Of a stretch of 64,000 nt of DNA, positions 21,901 to 31,949 are shown in pieces; positions within the stretch are counted from its first letter, which is position 1; every line of letters starts with the position of its first letter. Both the position numbers and the translations under genes were made by a program. The stretch comes from Histomonas meleagridis 2922-C6/04-290x (lineage: Eukaryota; Protista; Parabasalia), in contig JAANOX010000253.1 of NCBI GenBank assembly GCA_020184695.1, positions 62,001-126,000 on the forward strand. The letters run 5' to 3'. The notes under the pieces were generated by a model. The model searched no databases. It was not told the DNA's origin and worked only from the letters and a program-made list of their open reading frames with translations.

Positions 21901-23804
21901 TAAATATGTATAATTTCCTTTATGAAAAATATAATATAACAAATGAAAAATCAAAACAAATTATAAATATATTATATTCATGTTTCGAAGATAATATTGA
22001 TGAAGTATTTAATTTGGCTTCACAATATGATTTAATTAATATAACATTATATCAATTTATTAAAAATCAAATTTATGAATTTTGTAAATCATTTCCGAAT
22101 GATTCATTAACAGATTTAATTGATAATATATTAAAAGAATTTGATATTAATATCAAAAGTAAAACAATTTTAGATAACATTTTAACATTTTTAATAGAAG
22201 ACAAAGAATTTATATCAAATATTTATCTGTTTAAACAATTAAAATATTATTATGAAAATGATTTACCAATTAAACAATTGTTTAATGAAATTAATTGGAA
22301 GAAATGTTATGAAATATCTCAAATGATTAAAAAATTTGGATTTTTAGATATATTAAAAGAATTAAATTGGTTCAATTCATTTGATTCATTCATCAATTTG
22401 ATTTCGAATATAATTAAAATGTTTTCACAACTTTTCAATAAAGAAAAACTTATAAAAATTAATTCGATTATAAATAAATTACAAAATCAATCAACAACAT
22501 TATATGACATCTTTGAAATGATTCATTCTAATTCATCAATAATTATAAATATTTATATTAAATTAATTGAAGATATTAACTCAAATAATACATTAAAATA
22601 TATAATAAATAATTTCGATGAAAGATTTTGGGATATAAATTATACATTTGAACAAATATTTTATAATAACATTTCATTTATTGAATTTTTAAACATATAT
22701 AAAACTAATGAAAATCCATATTTATATAATATTAATAATATAACAAAAATATTTAATAATATATCAAATTATATAACTGAATTATATTTACAAAGTCCGA
22801 CAAATTATATAATTAAAAATATTCCAAAAATCGAAAAAATTATTTCATTTATAAATAAAATTCAAAATGTTTTAGAATCAACTGAAATGTCAATTGAAAA
22901 CGCATTTAATTATTTAACGAATTATATAATTAAAGATAACATTAAAGCAATTTCAATAACTATAAATAAAATTATTCATCAAATAGGTATTGGTATTACT
23001 GATGTATCAAATGTATTAAGTGGAGTTATATTATATAGACCAACTGATAATATTATTACAAAGAAATCAAAATATGAAATTAATACAATCGAAATAGCAA
23101 ATGTTACAACAAAAACAATTCTTTCCATTAAAAATAATAATGATTATATACCAATTTACGTGAACAATTTGTTGATTAGAAGAAATGCTAAAGTTGAAAC
23201 AATTAAAATTAATATAAATAATTCATTAGTTTTGGAACCTGCTTCAAGATTATCAACGAATGATAATATTAATATTTCGGATAATATTACAAATATGACA
23301 TTAAAGATTTCGGATTCGGGTGCCCCGTTCATTGGTTTCGGTAATAAAGTTCAGAATCCAAGTCAATTGAATGTTATCGTTAACGCTTCTGGTATTGAAT
23401 CAATTGAAAGTTATTTTGAAAACGGAATTCCGTTAATTTACGCATCAATAATTAATGTGGACAAATGGATAAATTGTTCAAACATTAAAACTATTAATGC
23501 AAACATAACAAATGAGTTGTTCTTTGTTGCTAGAAATAATACTATTGTTTTAACTTCATGTTTAGAACCAATGTCTTCTGAAGTAGAATCAATGTCTGAA
23601 GAAATTTCTTCCGATTATTCATATGACGACGAAGGAAATACTAAATCTTTAGGCGTTGGGGAAATTATTGGCATTGTAATCGCTGCTGTTGTTGTATTAG
23701 CAATAATTATTGTAATCACGATTATATTAGTAAGAAAAAGAAAAAGGAAAGATATAGATAAAGTCCATATAGAGAAATTAAATGAAGATATCTTTGGTGA
23801 ATGA
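18957..23804 (+). CDS. Large Asn/Ile-rich type I surface membrane protein
   Basis: Hydrophobic N-terminus; single C-terminal TM (IIGIVIAAVVVLAIIIVITIILV) followed by RKRKRK; internal duplication of about 680 aa. Confidence 0.85.
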   Translation: MFFIFFLTCSSFLLDLERILSFLSRKGTITTLFDFSNKTYTEDDIVNLVNSFASDSQNLIPIFLTNQTRNSLAFAASILKGMPLNLEEIIGFPIQGLIPDIFYPIFVEVLDGETEKYVKDILIYLYNNFNSFNLQDFVDYVLQFHFPLENIGNLLMLLSDNNYTIKQFNTDLGIPQQSFEQIDYYASKFTKQSLINYQTFMLLTPYFPQLIQKFFKPFVESMWFKVQLVRADLEFRNMTFQDDMNIAHSEFYAFTSMLDFYKEVFLFFNKFIPNEKTQMAIESLLYILTDSFNLNCYLEKVGIPIGVIKTYLGNITKIVNVNNSISDIIRIISDMIPNSTIYLNYTNFVKSFETLSNDFKNLSSDINIMFSNFMNNSFGIVLPITVSDVLKFSPCLFYSFNMLTNNYLTEIFTYYFDDTKQFREFLTYLKINDDMYKEINISKISESIRSLFKENFNINLFDEILNQIYNLSIKLINKINDYIGNETESKIRNILNITQKIILRIQQNENYTICNLFDDIKYNSSILLTAFKNISIKLNEGSSLKGIVESVDPNFWDLNNSFYNFYYYYNSDEIIGLHNLYNLFIVSNESYYNFSVYKLHQILKEFGDKYKQTIINVNAKLTKISELPLINNISLNISTICNKFINLLNETPNNILKNFTNGIININNFTMNLYNILEKSYNNENIGITDLIKLLFNKEIPEYKHYFNIPIGFLLGKLTLNDLVRMDSINYTVNEVIDLIRSFSNENNNLIPNFVQEKDQQNIQNVFNILTNEINLIEIFKLPDISSYISLIKIFINQYVNDDLTLIFNWNSVIVKNVINYIVEHLNNIKIVNIFSEIGINLNVNNIINLLNIFINNKYTIPNFNNDINLNNIYYEPIKTLSNIFNSTSLINKELILYVMKSGYLTEVINQVIQPYISPIQQILQIILKLLDFKEVPPFLRIEKIQTNLITLLKFVSGILQLFSPEVIPDLNIVINILSDNLNMYNFLYEKYNITNEKSKQIINILYSCFEDNIDEVFNLASQYDLINITLYQFIKNQIYEFCKSFPNDSLTDLIDNILKEFDINIKSKTILDNILTFLIEDKEFISNIYLFKQLKYYYENDLPIKQLFNEINWKKCYEISQMIKKFGFLDILKELNWFNSFDSFINLISNIIKMFSQLFNKEKLIKINSIINKLQNQSTTLYDIFEMIHSNSSIIINIYIKLIEDINSNNTLKYIINNFDERFWDINYTFEQIFYNNISFIEFLNIYKTNENPYLYNINNITKIFNNISNYITELYLQSPTNYIIKNIPKIEKIISFINKIQNVLESTEMSIENAFNYLTNYIIKDNIKAISITINKIIHQIGIGITDVSNVLSGVILYRPTDNIITKKSKYEINTIEIANVTTKTILSIKNNNDYIPIYVNNLLIRRNAKVETIKININNSLVLEPASRLSTNDNINISDNITNMTLKISDSGAPFIGFGNKVQNPSQLNVIVNASGIESIESYFENGIPLIYASIINVDKWINCSNIKTINANITNELFFVARNNTIVLTSCLEPMSSEVESMSEEISSDYSYDDEGNTKSLGVGEIIGIVIAAVVVLAIIIVITIILVRKRKRKDIDKVHIEKLNEDIFGE

Positions 23805-24082
23805 AACCGATTTTTTTTTGAATAAATATGTTATATTAATTTTTGCGAAATTTTAACTTAATATGGATATTTTAAACAAATGTTTTGTTTTGGATGATGT
23901 AACTATTAGAGTTTCTCATTCCATTGGCTGAGAAAAAGGCAAAATTTTCACACAAAAAGATTCGTTATATCGTAGCTAAAATCATAACTTTACTCAATAG
24001 AAAAATTCAATTGATACGGTTATGACAGCTTGAATTCACAGCAAAATCTCCAAAATTTTGGAGATGTGGCCAAGACATTTTC

Positions 24083-25867
24083 ATGAAAGTTGAGTTGATT
24101 ATTGTATCAGGTCAATCACAAGATTCACATCCTTGCGTTGTTTTAAGGTATGAAGAAATGGACTTTCTAATTGGGATTCCAGAAGAATTCCAAAGGTTAA
24201 TCAAACTTAAACCTTTTAAATTAACAAAGACAAAACGCTTAATTCCAACGTATGTAAACCCTCAACAAATAAGTGGTTTGATTGAACTCATTCAAGAACT
24301 TAATCCGCGTGGTGTTGATTCAAGTATCAACGAAGAATTAAGTTCTATTCTTCCAAAACAACTTGGAAAGCATCTTTCTGTTTTAGATCTTAAAAATTAT
24401 CAAGATGACGTTTTTAATCAAATGCCATCAGGACTCAAATTCAAAAGGATTGAACTTAAAAACAGTTTTTGTTTTACAGTTCAATTTCCAAATGCACCAG
24501 GTGCTTTTGATGTTAAAAAAGCTAAAGAACTTGGCGTTCCATCAGGTCCTCTTTTCAGAAAATTGAAAAATGGAGAATCAATAACTTTAGAAAATGGACA
24601 AATCATAACATCTGATATGGTTGTTGGACCTGAAATCCAAATAGATCGTATCATTGTTATTGATTGCCAAGAAATAAGCGATATTAACGATCTTCCAGAT
24701 CTATCAGAATTTTCAATTGCAATTCATTTCACTCCAGACGAAATACTATACAATCCAGATTATATAAGTAAGTTTGCTGGAATTAAAAATAACCTTTGCT
24801 TCCCAAAGACAGGCGATGTTTTGTTCGAAAGCTCATTTAACCTTTACGAAAAAGTGCTTCAAAAATCAAACGGTCACATGCAACCGCTGGCCATGGAGCA
24901 CCCCAAACCGCCACCGGACGGTTTTATAGGGTGTACCCCAAAATCAACATTTAAGATCTTTCCTAAAAAGGATTATGGAATAAAAATTCCACCAATTAAG
25001 TATAAGCCATTCATCCCCGAACAAGTTATACCTCCTGTAACTACATTTAGTGTAACTGTTCTTGGGACTGGATCTGGTTATTTATACCCACATCGAGCTA
25101 ATTCTTCTCATCTGATTCAAACACCCTCTGGATTCATACTGCTTGACTGTGGTCCAGGAACTCTTTCTCAGATTCAGCGCAAATTTGGTTTTTCAGGAGC
25201 AATTGAAGTTCTCAAAAATCTGAACTGCATTTGGATTTCACATTATCATTCCGATCATGTATTTGGTCTTATTGGCCTTCTATTTGATCGTGTTAAGTAT
25301 ACAAACAAGCAGATTCCATTAATGTGTCCGATCAATTTATCGAAATATGTCAAATCTAATGAAAGTTTTTACGGAAATGACTTCTTTAAAGTAAACATTA
25401 TCCAGCGTACAAACAATCCCGTTCAAGTTGGAGATGCAACGATTCAATCATGTGAAGTTTTACACGTCCCAGACTCAATGGCATGCCTCATCACGGTCGG
25501 AGGGAAACGGATAGTGTACAGCGGTGACAGAAACCCTCTTCACAGAGAGATGGAAAGATCATTTGGAAATTGCGATTTTCTTATCCATGAAGCAACATTC
25601 AAAGACGAGGACTACGTTTCGGAGGAAGAAGAGGCGCTAAGGCACACAACAATCGAACAAGCAATCGAATCTGCAAAAATGATGAATGCAAAATACGTTT
25701 TGTTGGTTCACTCATCTCAAAGATATACTGACGGAGATCTCATAGTGAAAGAGAAAAACGCATTTTTCCCAGTTGATTTCACAACAATCAATTTTGATAC
25801 AATCGAAAATGATTTCCAAATCATTAAAAATGCAACAGAAGAACAATACTGTGACGAACCAACGTGA
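24083..25867 (+). CDS. TRZ1: tRNase Z long form (ELAC2/Trz1-like)
   Basis: GVPSGPLFRKLKNG exosite, VLGTGS, LLDCGPG, HYHSDH, YSGD, IHEATF, HTT, LVHSSQRY. Confidence 0.85.
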   Translation: MKVELIIVSGQSQDSHPCVVLRYEEMDFLIGIPEEFQRLIKLKPFKLTKTKRLIPTYVNPQQISGLIELIQELNPRGVDSSINEELSSILPKQLGKHLSVLDLKNYQDDVFNQMPSGLKFKRIELKNSFCFTVQFPNAPGAFDVKKAKELGVPSGPLFRKLKNGESITLENGQIITSDMVVGPEIQIDRIIVIDCQEISDINDLPDLSEFSIAIHFTPDEILYNPDYISKFAGIKNNLCFPKTGDVLFESSFNLYEKVLQKSNGHMQPLAMEHPKPPPDGFIGCTPKSTFKIFPKKDYGIKIPPIKYKPFIPEQVIPPVTTFSVTVLGTGSGYLYPHRANSSHLIQTPSGFILLDCGPGTLSQIQRKFGFSGAIEVLKNLNCIWISHYHSDHVFGLIGLLFDRVKYTNKQIPLMCPINLSKYVKSNESFYGNDFFKVNIIQRTNNPVQVGDATIQSCEVLHVPDSMACLITVGGKRIVYSGDRNPLHREMERSFGNCDFLIHEATFKDEDYVSEEEEALRHTTIEQAIESAKMMNAKYVLLVHSSQRYTDGDLIVKEKNAFFPVDFTTINFDTIENDFQIIKNATEEQYCDEPT

Positions 25868-26600
25868 CTATAAATGAAAACATGGATTTTTGTAATAAAT
25901 TATTATTTAACAAATGTTTGAATTTGAAATTGAATAATGTTCAGTTTTAAAACTTATATTATTAAATATATGTGCCTACAGCCACGATATCTGAGTATAA
26001 TTTATAATAAGTAAAAATGCCTTACATGAACATTTTGGTATTTTTAAGAATTCCTTAAACATGTTAATTTTTATCAACAAAGTTTGTGACACAAACAAGA
26101 TATCTTGGTTATACAAAATTTGGTTGCGGAAATTTATTCTTTTAAAACAAGCGAGAAGGACAAAGAATATTATTTTTTATATATATTCATTATATATATT
26201 TTTTAAAAAATTAAATACATAATATTTTTTGTTCGTCTATAGAAAAATTGAGAAAGACTGGCAAATGTCAGCGGTTATCCAGATTGTGATCAAGATCATC
26301 ATAATGTGATGCGCTGGTTCGAATCACGTTGCATATTTATATGGACAAAAAGTACCCTCTCAAGGACTTGTATTAAAGTCTCATTGGCTATTCTTGAAAA
26401 GCCCACCTAAATCCCAGAAAAGTCCTCACCGCCATTTTGCACAACACCAATTTCGTTTTCGAGCACAAATTATACATTCAAAAAGTTGTTTATATTCAGA
26501 AAAATTCTTCTTTTTGTGCAACAACAAGAACCCTTCCCTGTGTAACCGTTTTGGAATTCGTAAAGCATTCAAATTCCAATACAAAAATTTAGGGCTAAAA

Positions 26601-27440
26601 ATGATCGAGGAAAAGCCGACTGATGAGCAACTTAGCAACATGCAACCTGCTTTTTTCGACCTTCTCTCGAAAGAGGACCAGGCCTCATATACACAACTAC
26701 GATTAGAATTGACATCCTCAAACACGAAATTCAAAAGATATCAACGTATCAAATCACTTCAAGACGCTCTTGCCATGATCCGCAATTTTTGCATCAGAGG
26801 AGATAATGGCGATAGCTGCCGTTGCCTTGTTTGCGGCGTTTGTTGGATGGGATGGGATATTGCTATTAACACACGGCAATTACGCCTCCTTGTTAACAAA
26901 TGCAAGTCATCTATCAATGGTTCTCTTGCCAAAATGGGGTATAGTACTGCACCTATAAAAGGCGATGCATCAGCTCCATTTCTTGAAGCAATTCCAATAC
27001 TTAAAGGCAATTTTACAGAGCAGCGGATGTGGACCGTTCGAAGGAAACTTGTTTCTTCCCCAATTCCCATGGCAAATCCAGGGCTCATGTCACCATATCA
27101 AATATTCCAGCCGAATCTCTTCGTATCTCCACAACCATTTGCAATGGGTGCTCCATATCAAGGTCAAAAACCACTGAAATCAGAAATTTCTGTGGTATTT
27201 GGCGTTAATGAATCTCCACCAGAAGTTCAAGCCAAAACGCAAAATGCAGACAATGGTCCAATGTACGAAATGGAAATATCACAAACAGGCACTGGACATG
27301 ATGGAGAATCAGAATGCTTCTTCGATGAAGAAGTTGATTTGTTCGATGATCCTTGTTGTTGCTGTCCTCTTTCATGGGCTCACGAAAAAGAAAACGAAGA
27401 GGAAAACATAATTTCGTTTGAATCACAACTGAGTGTGTAA
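26601..27440 (+). CDS. Initiator-binding-domain (IBP39-like IBD) protein
   Basis: FFDLLSKEDQASY...IRNFCIRGD...RCLVCGVCW...IAINTRQLRLLVNKCKSSINGSLAKMGY is the trichomonad IBD signature; ATG at 26601. Confidence 0.85.
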   Translation: MIEEKPTDEQLSNMQPAFFDLLSKEDQASYTQLRLELTSSNTKFKRYQRIKSLQDALAMIRNFCIRGDNGDSCRCLVCGVCWMGWDIAINTRQLRLLVNKCKSSINGSLAKMGYSTAPIKGDASAPFLEAIPILKGNFTEQRMWTVRRKLVSSPIPMANPGLMSPYQIFQPNLFVSPQPFAMGAPYQGQKPLKSEISVVFGVNESPPEVQAKTQNADNGPMYEMEISQTGTGHDGESECFFDEEVDLFDDPCCCCPLSWAHEKENEEENIISFESQLSV

Positions 27441-27699
27441 CTTTTTATCGATGAATTTTTGAAAGGATAACCGAAAATAACCGCGGTATCTTATGAAAAG
27501 TGACGTTTGGTGCTCTTTGTGTTTAACTTTTTTTTGTTTGGAGAAAATTGTGTTGCAAACTTTACACTTTAAAAGTTGTTCGAAGAATTTTTATTTATTA
27601 TAAACAAATGATTTACATTTTACTTTGTGGTATTTTTATTAAGTAATGAGAAAAAAAAAAAAAAAATAAAAATAATTTTAACATTTTACTAAAAATGTA

Positions 27700-30009
27700 T
27701 TATAGAGGCGTTACAAATTTTTGTTCTTTGAAATCGACTGCAAATGGATCTTCATCGATATCTTTTAATGTTGATGTTCCTGCGAAACTATTAAATTCTT
27801 TCGCTTGATAATCATAATCTTCAACGACTTCTTCCTCTTTAACTTTCTTAAAATGTATGAAATAAACACTAATGATAATAATTATAATAATTATAACAAC
27901 TACAGCTGATGCAATTCCTATAATGATACCAATATTAATTTGTCCTTGTTTTTGAATGTTCGTAATGATTTGTTGTTCATAAACAAAGTAAAAATTCGAA
28001 TAAACTTCTTGAAATGTAGTAAATTGTATAATAGTATAATTATAAAATATGAATTTTGTGTTTGTATATGTTAAAGAAGAGTTTAACATTGATAATATAT
28101 AAGAATCTGAGAAATATGTATTATCGAATGTTATCGATTGTGTAATTGCAATTGTTTTTGTTGCTGTTCTTATATAAGTTATTGTAATTGTATATGTAAT
28201 TTCTTCAATTTCTTCATTTAATGATTTTGTTGGTGTTGGATATTCTACTTCAATTCGTATTAATGTTTCTTGATATGATATTTGATATGAATTTGATGTG
28301 ATATAAGAATTAATATATGTTAATTGAGGTGATAAAGTTAATGAATTTAATATCATAGTTGAATTTGTATCAATTGGAATATTTATATATGTTAATTTTT
28401 CCGTTTGTGTTGATATATTCGTATCATAATATGAAAACTCATACATTAATGTTGGTGATTCTGATAATGTTAATGAAACTGTATTTGATGATGATAATAA
28501 AAAATAATTCGAATACGTGAGTTTTAATGATATCGTTGGTGAATATGAATGAACATAAATAATAGATTGCGTTAAAGATGGAGAATCAATTAATGATTCT
28601 GATAATGAATTTTTATATGAAGATATTTCTGTATAAGATTCTGATAATATATTTGTTTGTTGATTTTCTTTTGTTACAGATAATGTGTTTGATAATGTAT
28701 ATGTTTGTGATGAAGTTATACTATTTAATTGTGAATCAATCGATGAAATTGTTTGCGTATTTAATTGTGTTAATGTATTTGTTTGTATACTTGTAGTAAA
28801 TTTAGTTGTTGAAGTTGTTTGTGATCTTGTGATAGAAGAAACATAAGTTTGAGTTTGAGTTCTAGAATTTTTTCTATATGATGAACGTGTACGTGATTGA
28901 GTAATTGAAGGAACCATTGTTTGAGAAGATGTTAATGAATTTACATATGTTAGAGATTGAACAATATAAGAAATAGTGGTAGAGATTGTAATATATCTCG
29001 ATAGAAAAAGAGATGGATTCAAAATCTTCGGTTTGAGTTTACCCATCATTGAAAAAGCAGCTTTTTTAACTTTGTTTTTTTGATTCTGATTATACTCGTG
29101 TGGATGTATAACATTCTTTGAATTAGTTTTCTTTTTGATAGAAAAATCATACATTGTAAACATAGAGCCTGTTGGTCTAGGATAATATGTAATAGATCTA
29201 GTTTGGCTCACAGTATACGAATATGAATCAACATATGATTTACTTCTGGTATATGAGGAAGTATATGAATTAATATATGTTGTAGATGATACATATATTG
29301 ATGTATATACAATAGTAGATGTTGATATATATGTATCTGATAATGACATCGTATTCGATGAAACAAATGTATTAGTAAATGATACGGTAATTGTATTCGT
29401 TAATGTTGTCGTTGTGTAATATACAATAGAGTTTGATAATGTACTAATAATAGTCGACACAATCGTATTCGATAAAATATTCGTTGGTGAATATGTTTGT
29501 GAATTTACTGTGATTTGTGTGATTGAAGGAACATACGTCATCTCATTAATTTTCGATTTTGTTGTTACATATGTCAAAGAATCTATAAAAGTATATGATG
29601 AGATTAATGTATTAGTTTCAATGAATGATAAAGATGATGTAAATGAATCAATAACAGTTTTCGTGTATGAAGTTAAATATGTATTAGATGATATAAATGT
29701 ATTTGATAATGTATAAGAGTCAGTATATGTCATTGTATATGAAGGAATACGTGTTAACATGATTGACTGTGCAACCAAATATTTTCGTGTATATGATGCT
29801 GTTATTACATTAGTTTCAACATATATTTGTGAAATAGTGAGTGTGTTCGATATTGTGCATGTGTAAGAGGAGACAATAGTATTTGTTATCACATTTGTTT
29901 CTTGAATTGTTGGAACATTCGAATATGAATGTGAAAATCCTAATACATTAACTTTATTGTATGATAATTGATACGTAGAAGCTACAAGACATGATAAGAC
30001 AAACAACAT
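27700..30009 (-). CDS. Ser/Thr-rich type I surface protein
   Basis: Signal peptide MLFVLSCLVAS, long S/T/Y/I low-complexity stalk, C-terminal TM, tail DIDEDPFAVDFKEQKF. Confidence 0.85.
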   Translation of the reverse strand: MLFVLSCLVASTYQLSYNKVNVLGFSHSYSNVPTIQETNVITNTIVSSYTCTISNTLTISQIYVETNVITASYTRKYLVAQSIMLTRIPSYTMTYTDSYTLSNTFISSNTYLTSYTKTVIDSFTSSLSFIETNTLISSYTFIDSLTYVTTKSKINEMTYVPSITQITVNSQTYSPTNILSNTIVSTIISTLSNSIVYYTTTTLTNTITVSFTNTFVSSNTMSLSDTYISTSTIVYTSIYVSSTTYINSYTSSYTRSKSYVDSYSYTVSQTRSITYYPRPTGSMFTMYDFSIKKKTNSKNVIHPHEYNQNQKNKVKKAAFSMMGKLKPKILNPSLFLSRYITISTTISYIVQSLTYVNSLTSSQTMVPSITQSRTRSSYRKNSRTQTQTYVSSITRSQTTSTTKFTTSIQTNTLTQLNTQTISSIDSQLNSITSSQTYTLSNTLSVTKENQQTNILSESYTEISSYKNSLSESLIDSPSLTQSIIYVHSYSPTISLKLTYSNYFLLSSSNTVSLTLSESPTLMYEFSYYDTNISTQTEKLTYINIPIDTNSTMILNSLTLSPQLTYINSYITSNSYQISYQETLIRIEVEYPTPTKSLNEEIEEITYTITITYIRTATKTIAITQSITFDNTYFSDSYILSMLNSSLTYTNTKFIFYNYTIIQFTTFQEVYSNFYFVYEQQIITNIQKQGQINIGIIIGIASAVVVIIIIIIIISVYFIHFKKVKEEEVVEDYDYQAKEFNSFAGTSTLKDIDEDPFAVDFKEQKFVTPL

Positions 30010-30461
30010 TCTGGAATTCATATTCGAGTAGATTAGACAGTTACCCATTTTTGACTGAGATTGAATGCTTATCAACACCCATTCAAACTTATGTAACGTT
30101 TTCAATGGATTTGAATGACGTTCCTAACGATAATTTCATTGAAAAAAATGTCTTCTCACTTTTTCAAGTATTTTTTCAATGCTCGATTTTTTCTGATATC
30201 TTCCGAGTCAGAAACTTCAGGTATTGATATCGATAAAACACGATCGACGCATAATTATAATTAATACAATGTTTCGAACAAACAACATTAAAATGCTCAC
30301 ATAAATTTTTTTTCTTTGATCCGATTATTATTAATTAATGATTTCATTCTCCTTTAACTGGCCATTTCATGAAGACAAGAAAAATTATACCATATCATTT
30401 TGAATCAAGCTTATTAGATCAACTTTCAGGCTAAAAAAAAATTTTGTTTAAAACATATTTT

Positions 30462-31196
30462 TTATTCTTTTGGTTGATTTTCTTCTTCCTCTTCTTCATA
30501 AGTTTCTTGAAGCCAGTTTTCAAGATTCCTTGTCATTACTTTTACAATATCGATGGTTTCTTCATCCAAAGAAACTTGTTGGTTAGGATATTGTCGTTTG
30601 ACTCTTTCAAGAGTGTTCTTGAGTAGGGAAATAGCTCCATCAAAATCATTCATGTGCTCATACAAAAAAACAGAATAATTTAATATTGTTCCAAGTCGTG
30701 TGGAACTGCTAAACTCTAGACTTTCTGCTTTCTTTGTTGCTTCTAAATAGGAGTCATTTGCTTCCTTGAGATATTTTTCTTTTGTTGAATCACTTGAAAA
30801 TTCAGAGATATATCTTGAAAAATCACCTTTCAATTTCAGGTAGAAAGTAATTTCTTCTTGATTTCTTGAATGTGGGAGAAGCATGTCGTCTACTATTCTT
30901 ATTATTTCTTGGCTAAATGAGAATAATTTTGAAAAACATTCTTCTCTATACAATTGAATTTTGCTTAAATATTCAACCAATGCAGTTTTCTCTTCTTCTG
31001 TTAAAACACATAGTGAGCCTCGAATAGGATCGACAATAGCCTTACTAATGGAAGCAAATAAGGATCGTTGATTCAGATTAAGTGAAGGTTGTTTTTCAAT
31101 AAGTATTTTCATCATGTTGATTGCTTCTTTTGGCTGTAGCGCTTCATTTAATGCATTGGCATAGAAGAAGAGATCATCAATCGTTGCGTTCTCCAT
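30462..31196 (-). CDS. Divergent 14-3-3 family protein
   Basis: FYLKLKGDFSRYISEF, RLGTILNYSVFLYE, IVKVMTRNLENW. Confidence 0.85.
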   Translation of the reverse strand: MENATIDDLFFYANALNEALQPKEAINMMKILIEKQPSLNLNQRSLFASISKAIVDPIRGSLCVLTEEEKTALVEYLSKIQLYREECFSKLFSFSQEIIRIVDDMLLPHSRNQEEITFYLKLKGDFSRYISEFSSDSTKEKYLKEANDSYLEATKKAESLEFSSSTRLGTILNYSVFLYEHMNDFDGAISLLKNTLERVKRQYPNQQVSLDEETIDIVKVMTRNLENWLQETYEEEEEENQPKE

Positions 31197-31949
31197 TTTT
31201 TTGCCGCCAAAATATTCAATCGATACAAGTCAAATTTGTTAAAAGATTTTAACTTTGGAAAAAGCAAATTTGAAGGAACTCTTAATATAAAAACAAACAA
31301 ACATGCTCATACCAAGGAAAAAAAGAGGGTTGTCTACTTATTTCATCAATAAAAAATACATCTGATTGACTTTTTCTCAGACGAAAAATCACTCTATTTT
31401 ACCATACAACAAGAGATTCAGACACTAAAGCAAGTTCAGCAAAGTTATCTTCTTAAGAAAATTTTATAATTAGCTATGTAAATTCAATGTATTTTTATCT
31501 TTGTTCTGCCAAATTTAATAACACCCGAAGCTACTGAATAATATCTTACGTTTAAAGTTCATGCATGAACATATTTGACTTGAGTTGAGATAACAGTGAT
31601 AAATCATCTGATTTATATGAATTAAATTTTCCTTATTCATTTAACTACATTGTTTGCTTTCTGGTTAATGGGTTTTTTCATGTTAGGTTGAAGTTTTCAT
31701 TATCCCTTTTAGGCAAAAAATAAATACAGTTAATGTGATGTGTCTCGAAATTCAAAAATTGAATGTGGAACGATCGTTTGTTATTCAATTGCCAGTCAAT
31801 TTCCCTATCGGATAGACCGGTTCAGAAAAGAAAAAAATATCAATTTAATTTACATGGAGGTCAAATAAAAAATGGCAAGAAGAAAACATTTGTCTCTTTT
31901 TTAGTTCATTATTTTACAATATTTTTTAAATAGTTTATTCTTTATTCAT

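Noticed and set aside
26258-26335. tRNA-like gene (TGGCAAATG and GGTTCGAATC boxes)
   Set aside because: The T-stem and acceptor stem do not pair; no cloverleaf can be built.
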